The notes under the pieces: generated by a model
The model's database searches: none
The model's input: the letters and a program-made list of their open reading frames with translations, nothing else
Told to the model about the DNA's origin: nothing
Source: a virus
Lineage: Duplodnaviria; Caudoviricetes
Virus record (IMG/VR): IMGVR_UViG_3300022752_000014
Length of the DNA: 64,000 nucleotides
Reading direction: 5' to 3' (one strand)
Position numbers and translations under genes: made by a program
Part shown: positions 16,994 to 24,200 of the stretch, piece by piece
Layout: every line of letters starts with the position of its first letter
Numbering within the stretch: the stretch's first letter is position 1

Positions 16994-17740
16994 ATGGCAG
17001 AAGATTCCGGAATACTTAAATCATTAAATAATGCACTTCAAAATGAAGAGATTGTTCAAAGTTTTGAAGATTTTAAAAATTGTGTTGAAGACCGATTACC
17101 TTCTCCAGCTGGAGAAAGTGCTTTTGAAAATACAAATACTAAAAAAGATAAAAATCCAAAAGATACTGCAAAACAAAATTACACAGCAATACGATATGGT
17201 AATGATCACGGTTCATTAAGTTTCGGTTCTATAGATGCAGATGGCGCTGTAACTTCTGCAGTAATGCTTCAAACGCCTGATGGAACACACCAGTTTTCTA
17301 TGGATAAGGACGGTCCTAGAAAAGGGTGGACTACATTCACAGGACCTGGAAACTTTCAGGTGGAATGTGGGAGTGCAAATGAAGAAGCACAAGACAGCTT
17401 GATATTAAATGCAAAAAATGGTAATATTATTATCAAAGCTAGTAATGGCAAAATCATACTTGAGGGGACCGATATTGAATTAAATGCTGTTGGTGAGGGT
17501 GGCAGTAAAGGAAACGTCCGAATAGATGCAACCGAAAATGTCAGTGTTGATTCAAAGAAATTTTTGGTAAATACAAAAGTATCTTATAATATCGTAAGTT
17601 CAGGAATGGGAGAAATTGTTGCCAACGGTATTCTAAAAATGTATGGATCGATTATTAAAGGGGCTGATGACTCTTGTGCTGTAAAAAATAGCAAGAATAA
17701 TCTCAAAAAAATAGTTGATAAAAATAACAAAGTATCATAA
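16994..17740 (+). CDS. Putative spike protein (gp5 C-terminal beta-helix-like)
   Basis: Alternating beta-repeat pattern GNIIIKASNGKIILEGTDIELNA...GNVRIDATENVSVDS; downstream of gp5. Confidence 0.4.
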   Translation: MAEDSGILKSLNNALQNEEIVQSFEDFKNCVEDRLPSPAGESAFENTNTKKDKNPKDTAKQNYTAIRYGNDHGSLSFGSIDADGAVTSAVMLQTPDGTHQFSMDKDGPRKGWTTFTGPGNFQVECGSANEEAQDSLILNAKNGNIIIKASNGKIILEGTDIELNAVGEGGSKGNVRIDATENVSVDSKKFLVNTKVSYNIVSSGMGEIVANGILKMYGSIIKGADDSCAVKNSKNNLKKIVDKNNKVS

Positions 17741-17751
17741 GGAGTTTGTAA

Positions 17752-18543
17752 ATGGCTGATTTACCAGATTTAAATGTAGGTGGTCAACTCAGAGTAGGAA
17801 CAGGTATTTGTCCTGCAATTAAAGAGGGAAATCAAAAGATTAATGGGTCTGCATTTGTTGAAGGTCCAATGGTGGTTGGAAGTCCTTTACAATTTCCAAC
17901 TGCATATGCAACCGTAATGATTGGACCACTTACAAATAGTGATGAAGACTCAGTACCACCATTTGTTCCAGGAGCTTTATGTGTGGGTGGAGTTCATAAT
18001 CCATACTCACTTTCAGTTTCTGGTTCAGCAGCGTTTCTTGGACCCGTAGATACAAATGATCATCTTCAAGTAGGTCTGAGTCTTTTTGCTCAAGGGGAAG
18101 TTATATCTAACTGTGGAGGACACATTCTTTCTGCAAAGAAAAACTTTGATATTCCTCACCCAACTAAAGAGGGTTGGAGACTTCGCCACACTTGTCCAGA
18201 AGGTCCATCAAACGATGTCTATGTGAGAGGAAAGGTACTGAACAGAACTGAAATTGAACTTCCAAAGTATTGGAAGAAACTTGTAGATTTTACAACTATC
18301 ACAGTGTCCCTTACACCAATCGGTGCTCATCAAGATGTAATTGTAAAACGTATTGATGAAGAGAAAGTTTATCTACAATCAAGAAGCGGAATTCCTATTC
18401 ATTGCTTCTACCATATCTTTGGAACTCGTGCTGATGGAGAACGATTGATTCCAGAATATGAAGGTGAAAGCCCAGCAGATTATCCAGGAAACAACGATGA
18501 GTATTCTGTTTCTGGATACCATTACGATAAGAAGGAGGTTTAA
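17752..18543 (+). CDS. Tail/spike protein with C-terminal S74-like chaperone domain
   Basis: KKNFDIPHPTKEGWRLRHTCPEGP...RG...IELPKYW..LV...TVSLTPIG motif. Confidence 0.5.
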   Translation: MADLPDLNVGGQLRVGTGICPAIKEGNQKINGSAFVEGPMVVGSPLQFPTAYATVMIGPLTNSDEDSVPPFVPGALCVGGVHNPYSLSVSGSAAFLGPVDTNDHLQVGLSLFAQGEVISNCGGHILSAKKNFDIPHPTKEGWRLRHTCPEGPSNDVYVRGKVLNRTEIELPKYWKKLVDFTTITVSLTPIGAHQDVIVKRIDEEKVYLQSRSGIPIHCFYHIFGTRADGERLIPEYEGESPADYPGNNDEYSVSGYHYDKKEV

Positions 18544-18546
18544 AAA

Positions 18547-19266
18547 ATGGCAAATATGGAATTTGTTCCAGGTGCATCTGGTAAAGATTGTGCTGAAAAG
18601 ACTGGTGGTTGGGGACTTAAATCAACTGCCTACGAATATATTTGGAAGGGTGATATTGACCAATCCAAGTATCCTGCAGATGCTTGCCCACCAAGATATC
18701 ACGGCAATGCACAAATCGACAACTTACAAGTTAATACTTTAATCAGTGGAGGAGGAAGCATCAATGTAAGTGGAAGTGTTTCTTCAAACGGAGGAGCGCA
18801 CGTTCTTTCCAATAAAAAGAACCTTCCATTTGATATGCCCCATCCAAATAAAGCAGGGTGGAGACTTCGCCACGTTTGTATTGAAGGACCTGAAATTGCA
18901 GTCTATTGCAGAGGAAGAGTTGGTGGCGATGGAATTATCAATCTTCCATCTTTTTGGGAAGGTCTTGTGAATCCAGAGGATATGTCAATTAGTCTGACAC
19001 CAATTGGATGTTGGCAAGAACTATTTGTAAAAGAAGTTCGTTGGGGAAAGCAAGTGGTTGTTGTGAATAATGCTGGTGGTCCAATCAATGCAGACTATCA
19101 TATCATTGCACGGAGACTTGATGATGATTTAGTGGTTGAGTATGAAGGACGATCACACGAAGATTACCCTGGCGGCAATGAAGGATATTCGTTTAATTTT
19201 GAACATAATTACGTGAAGAATCTCATTCAGGAAACCATCCGTGAGCATCTTGACAAACAACCCTGA
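18547..19266 (+). CDS. Paralogue of preceding gene (S74-like chaperone domain)
   Basis: KKNLPFDMPHPNKAGWRLRHVCIEGPE...RG...INLPSFW.GLV....ISLTPIG. Confidence 0.5.
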   Translation: MANMEFVPGASGKDCAEKTGGWGLKSTAYEYIWKGDIDQSKYPADACPPRYHGNAQIDNLQVNTLISGGGSINVSGSVSSNGGAHVLSNKKNLPFDMPHPNKAGWRLRHVCIEGPEIAVYCRGRVGGDGIINLPSFWEGLVNPEDMSISLTPIGCWQELFVKEVRWGKQVVVVNNAGGPINADYHIIARRLDDDLVVEYEGRSHEDYPGGNEGYSFNFEHNYVKNLIQETIREHLDKQP

Positions 19267-19278
19267 CCTTGCTATACT
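19250..19278 (+). promoter_or_regulatory. sigma70 consensus promoter TTGACA-N17-TATACT
   Basis: TTGACA at 19250-19255, 17-nt spacer, TATACT at 19273-19278. Confidence 0.85.
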
Positions 19279-19303
19279 AGTCCAGTAATCAACAAACGAA
19301 CCA

Positions 19304-19486
19304 ATGCAAGATGAGTACCTGGCGCGATGCGTGGTTGACCCTTTGAAGCGAACCGTGTATCTATATTCCAATGAGGGTGCAGAGAAGCAAGTGTCGTGCG
19401 ATACGGTTGAAGAGTTTATGAGTGTGTTAGAGTTCGTTCGTGCTACTGTGGATGAAGAAACGCTCTCATACGCAAATCCACTTTAA
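19304..19486 (+). CDS. Small hypothetical protein
   Basis: 60-aa ORF directly behind the sigma70 promoter. Confidence 0.7.
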   Translation: MQDEYLARCVVDPLKRTVYLYSNEGAEKQVSCDTVEEFMSVLEFVRATVDEETLSYANPL

Positions 19487-19549
19487 GTTCCAAAAAAGGT
19501 TAAAAAAAATTCCCGGCAAAAATCCTTACGCGATACTTTTTTGAAAAGT

Positions 19550-19756
19550 ATGAATTTATACAAAATCTCATATAAAACTCTAAAAGACGAACCCGTCAAA
19601 ACCACACCAGAAAACGTAAAAGATGCAAATGAAGCACTTTTTACGGCAAAGTGGAATTTACCTCAAGCAGCAAAACATTGTGGAATGTCACAAAAAGAGA
19701 TGAAATTGACATTCTGGGAATATCTCAAGTATAATCCTATCACGTATCAAGCGTGA
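19550..19756 (+). CDS. Small hypothetical protein, possible HTH (WNLPQAAKHCGMSQKEMK)
   Basis: ORF track 19541..19756; ATG at 19550 preferred over the TTG. Confidence 0.65.
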   Translation: MNLYKISYKTLKDEPVKTTPENVKDANEALFTAKWNLPQAAKHCGMSQKEMKLTFWEYLKYNPITYQA

Positions 19757-19762
19757 TTTTTT

Positions 19763-19837
19763 GGCGGTGTAGCCCAATCGGCAGCAGGCAAATGACTTAA
19801 AATCATTACAGTGTGAGTTCGAATCTCACCACCGCTA
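19763..19837 (+). tRNA. trnL: tRNA-Leu (anticodon TAA), 75 nt, no encoded CCA
   Basis: Acceptor GGCGGTG/CACCGCT; anticodon arm AATGA-CTTAAAA-TCATT; T-arm GTGAG-TTCGAAT-CTCAC. Confidence 0.88.
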
Positions 19838-19885
19838 TTAGGGGATTTAACGTCCTCTAAATAATCAAAAGTAGGAAACAGTCCT

Positions 19886-20155
19886 ATGAAATACCGCATT
19901 GATGCCAGATACGTTTGGTACAATAAAGGAACAGAACTTGTTCTAATGTATTTTATAGAAGGTGTTCCATTCACTTTTGACGATGTTCCAGAGAGTCATT
20001 TGTACGATTTGGAAATACTTGAAGTAGCAGATAAAGAACGCAGGTACGAACCAGAAGATTTGTACAGAACATCATTCTATTTGATTGATGAGCAGTGTCA
20101 TCCTCTGATGTTTGAACTTGAACTGGAAAATCCAGAAATGCTACCTCAAGATTAA
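19886..20155 (+). CDS. Hypothetical acidic protein between the tRNAs
   Basis: 89-aa ORF with AGGA SD; CTAAATA upstream. Confidence 0.7.
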   Translation: MKYRIDARYVWYNKGTELVLMYFIEGVPFTFDDVPESHLYDLEILEVADKERRYEPEDLYRTSFYLIDEQCHPLMFELELENPEMLPQD

Positions 20156-20156
20156 T

Positions 20157-20228
20157 GCCCTTGTAGCTCAGTGGTAGAGCAACGGTTTTGTAAACCGTCG
20201 GTCGTCCGTTCAAATCGGATCGGGGGCT
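20157..20228 (+). tRNA. trnT: tRNA-Thr (anticodon TGT)
   Basis: Acceptor GCCCTTG/CGGGGGC; D-arm GCTC-AGTGGTA-GAGC; anticodon arm ACGGT-TTTGTAA-ACCGT; T-loop TTCAAAT. Confidence 0.92.
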
Positions 20229-20247
20229 TGAGTTCTAATACTCCAAA

Positions 20248-20406
20248 ATGTCATTAATTTCTCAAAAAGATCGCCAAATGGTGATAGAAGCACTAGAATT
20301 TTATATTGAGGATATGAAAAAGAATAACTGCAATGAAGCAGCAATTTATTCTTATAATACTCTTCTTAACTGGATTGAATTAGAGTATTTCAAAAATGAA
20401 AATTAA
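20248..20406 (+). CDS. Hypothetical protein, 52 aa (MSLISQKDRQMVIEALEFY...)
   Basis: Manually read ORF below the track cutoff; fills the gap in tandem with neighbours. Confidence 0.6.
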   Translation: MSLISQKDRQMVIEALEFYIEDMKKNNCNEAAIYSYNTLLNWIELEYFKNEN

Positions 20407-20569
20407 TCTTTGGTATTGTAAAGAAATGAATCAATGGCGTTGGACTCTTACTGAGGATTCACGTCCAGTGATTCGGCAAGAATCGGGGCAGCAACCAAAT
20501 CTTCGTGATGCTATGAATGATGTAGCAAACACTGTGGAATATATGTTAAAATGCAAACAAAGTGAGTAG
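20396..20569 (+). CDS. Hypothetical protein, 57 aa (MKINLWYCKEMNQWRWTL...)
   Basis: Manually read ORF overlapping the previous stop region. Confidence 0.6.
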   Translation: MKINLWYCKEMNQWRWTLTEDSRPVIRQESGQQPNLRDAMNDVANTVEYMLKCKQSE

Positions 20570-20579
20570 AAATACTTAG

Positions 20580-21191
20580 ATGAAAGAGGATTTTTATATA
20601 GATAGAGTGGGTAAGGAAGAAATTAAAGAACTTCTTTACACATATCACTATCTTAAAGATGAATCCAAAGACTTTAAATCAGGTTTTAACTACGGATTAT
20701 ATAAACGTCCTGAATGGGAATGTCCTCTTAATCTTGGCGGTTGCCTTGGTGCTTGCGTTTTTACTACTCTCCCAGTTCCAGAGATTGCAGTAGGGGCATT
20801 TGGATTAGAAAGAAATCAACAAAAAGGTATATACGAATTATCGAGACTTTGCATTCATCCAGATATACAAAAACAGGAATACAATATTACATCCTGGTTC
20901 TTAAGTCGTTGCATTAGGAGATTTAAAAAAGATGCCACAGTTTCTGCTATTCTTAGTTACGCTGACGCTGATCACCACACTGGAACTATATACAGAGCTT
21001 GCAATTTTCAATACTACGGTTTAACCGCACCCAAAAAAGATTTCTATTATTCAGACGGAACTAAACACTCTCGTGGAAAAATAAAGGGTGAAGATGGTGA
21101 ATGGAAGGACCGAAGTAGAAAGCATAGATACTTGATGGTCTTTGATAAACAACTTCAAAAACGCTTGACGTGGGAAGAACAGTCGTGGTAA
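20580..21191 (+). CDS. Mom-like GNAT-fold protein (putative DNA adenine modification)
   Basis: HYL...GLY...G.CVF...ELSRLC...N..SWFLSRCIR...ILSYAD...HTGTIYRACNFQYYG parallels the Mu Mom motifs ELNRM / SFAD...G.VYQASNF.Y.G. Confidence 0.65.
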   Translation: MKEDFYIDRVGKEEIKELLYTYHYLKDESKDFKSGFNYGLYKRPEWECPLNLGGCLGACVFTTLPVPEIAVGAFGLERNQQKGIYELSRLCIHPDIQKQEYNITSWFLSRCIRRFKKDATVSAILSYADADHHTGTIYRACNFQYYGLTAPKKDFYYSDGTKHSRGKIKGEDGEWKDRSRKHRYLMVFDKQLQKRLTWEEQSW

Positions 21192-21216
21192 AATAACAAG
21201 GTGTGAAGGAAGTGCG

Positions 21217-21249
21217 AAAAGGGCAACCAGCAATGGTTTGCCCTTTTTT
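21217..21249 (+). terminator. Intrinsic, possibly bidirectional terminator
   Basis: AAAAGGGCAACCA-GCAA-TGGTTTGCCCTTTTTT, a stem with a one-base bulge and a T-run. Confidence 0.75.
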
Positions 21250-21255
21250 CGTATG

Positions 21256-21262
21256 ATAAATA
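21256..21262 (+). promoter_or_regulatory. Late promoter for tail-fibre cassette A
   Basis: ATAAATA directly after the terminator. Confidence 0.6.
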
Positions 21263-21293
21263 ATCCATAACGGAAACTATAAGTATTAATAAG

Positions 21294-24200
21294 ATGGGTC
21301 TCTCCAGATTAGATAATTTTCTGAAATCAGTTCGTGGCACAATCATCTACGTTGATCCAAACTCTCTTGACTCTACAGATAGTATTGAAAATCAAGGCAA
21401 CTCTCTGACTCGTCCTTTCAAAACGATTCAGAGAGCACTGATAGAAGCATCTAGATTTTCATACCAGAGAGGACTGAACAACGATAGATTTGGTAAGACT
21501 ACGATTTTACTTTATCCTGGCGACCACCTTGTTGACAACCGTCCTGGATGGATTCCAGATGGCGTAGATAATTTTAAATTGAGAAATGGTTCTACATCAA
21601 ATGATTTTACTGCTTTTGATTTAACAAGCAACTTTGACTTAACAACTCCTAATAATGCACTTTATAAACTGAATAGTATTCACGGTGGCGTCATTGTTCC
21701 CCGTGGCACTTCAATCGTTGGTTTGGACCTTCGTAAAACAAAGATTCGTCCAAAGTATGTCCCAGATCCAACGAATGATAATATTGCTAGATCTACAATC
21801 TTCCGTGTAACTGGTGGATGCTATTTCTGGCAGTTCTCTATGTTTGATGCTGATCCAAATGGTCAGTGTTATATTGATTATACTTCAAATCTATTTGTTC
21901 CTAACTTTTCTCACCATAAACTGACTTGTTTTGAGTATGCAGATGGAACGAATGATGTAACTATTAATGATAGTTTTATTGGTTCTTATTCAACAGATCG
22001 TACAGATCTAGAAATGTATTATGAAAAAGTTGGTCTTGCATATGGACAATCTTCTGGACGTGCAATTGAACCTGACTATCCAAGTTCTGGTTTAGATATT
22101 CAACCTAAGATTGATGAATATCGTATTGTTGGACCCACTGGTGGTTCTGTTGGAATTACTAGTATTAGATCTGGCGATGGGGTTACTGCAACAACGACAA
22201 TTACTGTAACCACCGCATCTGCAGTCAGTGGTTTAGATGTTGATACTGCATTCCGTATTCGTAATGTATCAGAGTCAACTTATAATGGACAGTTTGTTGT
22301 TACTGAAAGAGTAAATGATACAAACTTCAAGTATCAAGTTCAAAATGCTCCATCACTTGCACTTCCCAGTGTCACTAGTGCATCATTAACTCTATCATCA
22401 GATACGGTTACTTCAGCATCTCCATACATCTTCAATATTTCTCTACGTTCTGTTTATGGAATGTGTGGTGTGCTTGCTGACGGCGATAAGGCGAGTGGAT
22501 TTAAGTCTATGGTTATTGCCCAGTTTACGGGTATTGGACTTCAAAAAGATGATAAAGCTTTTGTTCTCTATAATTCTACAACTGGTGAATATGATGATAA
22601 TACCAAGGCAGGAAATGAAACAATAAGCACAAATTCAAGAGCAGTCTTTAAACCATCATATAGAAACTTCCACATTAAGACCATTAATGAAGCGTTTATT
22701 CAAAACGTTTCTATTTTTGCAATTGGATATGCAGAGCATTTTGCTACAGAAAGTGGTGGTGACCAGTCTGTTACAAACTCTAACTCTAACTTTGGTTCAA
22801 AAGCACTTGTTGCTTCAGGATTCCGTAAAAGTGCATTCCCACAAGATGACCAAGGATATATTACTCATATTATTCCGCCCAAGGAATTACCACTCACAGA
22901 AACTGCGATTGAATTCAATGCGATTGATGTAAACAAGACTGTTGGTGTTGCATCTACAGGACACCTTTATCTCTATAATCAAACAAACTCTGATACTTCA
23001 CCAGAAAATGTGCTGGAAGGATACAGAATTGGTGCAAGAGAAAATGACGCACTCAAAGTTCTTGTCTCTTCTGGTGGTTCTGTAACTGAATATAGTGCTC
23101 GTATTGTAATGCCTGGATCTCAATCCAGCTCTGAAAAGAAATTCACTGTTGCTCGTATAGGAACTGCAAATAGTATTTCAAATAGCAACACTCTAAACCT
23201 CACAAGTAATCATACATTCTTTAGTGGTGAATCTATTCGTATTATTAGTGAAAATGGACAATTGCCTGATGGATTGAATCCAAACGCTGTCTATTATGCA
23301 ATCACTTCTACTGTTGATGGTGGACTCAGTGCAAATCAACTCAAGATTGCAAAAACTGAAGGTGATTCAACAGTTGCAACGAATGCCATTACTATTAATG
23401 ACAAAGGTGGAATTCTATCAGTTGTAAGTCGCGTATCAGATAAGAATGCTGGTGATATTGGACACCCAGTTCAATATGATAGTACCAATAGTCAGTGGTA
23501 TATTAAAGTTGCAACTGCTTCTACTGAAAATAACATTTATTCAACGGTTGTTGGACTAGGATCCACTGCTCTTGGTGCAGCAACTCCAAGAACATACTTC
23601 AAGCGTAGACCAGATAATCGTAATTCTACCGACACTCTTTATAGAGTTAGATACGTTATTCCAAAGAGCACGGGATCTGTTGTTGCAAGACCTCCTGTTG
23701 ATGCATTTATCATACAAGAATCAAATACTTCTATTGGTGCAACTGATGCAGAAATTCAAACCTACTTTGGAAGTGGATCGCTTTCTAATGTAAATCAACA
23801 AAGAAACTTTAGATTTGTTGCAAATGCAGAATGGTCTGCAAACACTGCAAAGATTACAACTGAACTTCCTCACAATCTCTCTGTTGGATCACAAGTTGAA
23901 CTAGTAAACATTAAGAGTACTAATAATCTTACTGGTGCTACAAATTCTGGATTTAACAGAACTTATGCTGTTGTTGGTGTTAGTAGTGCAAAACAATTTA
24001 GTGTTGGTCTGAGTACAGATCCAGGCACATTTACAAATGACACAAGTGCTAGAACAACTGCTCTTCCATACTTTAAGAGAAAGGAATATAAGGATACGTA
24101 TTATGTTTATAGAAATCAAGAAGCACAGAAGTATATTGCAGGACAACAAGATGGCATCTACTATCTTACAATTCTAAATGCTTCAAATAGTCCAACTATA

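Noticed and set aside
19490-19545. A-tract cluster around TTCCCGGC as a possible origin or bent DNA
   Set aside because: Tract spacing (10 then 16 bp) is not clearly phased and there is no other origin evidence.
19747-20213. Minus-strand ORFs of 75 and 80 aa
   Set aside because: They overlap well-formed tRNA genes and the 19886 CDS on the plus strand.
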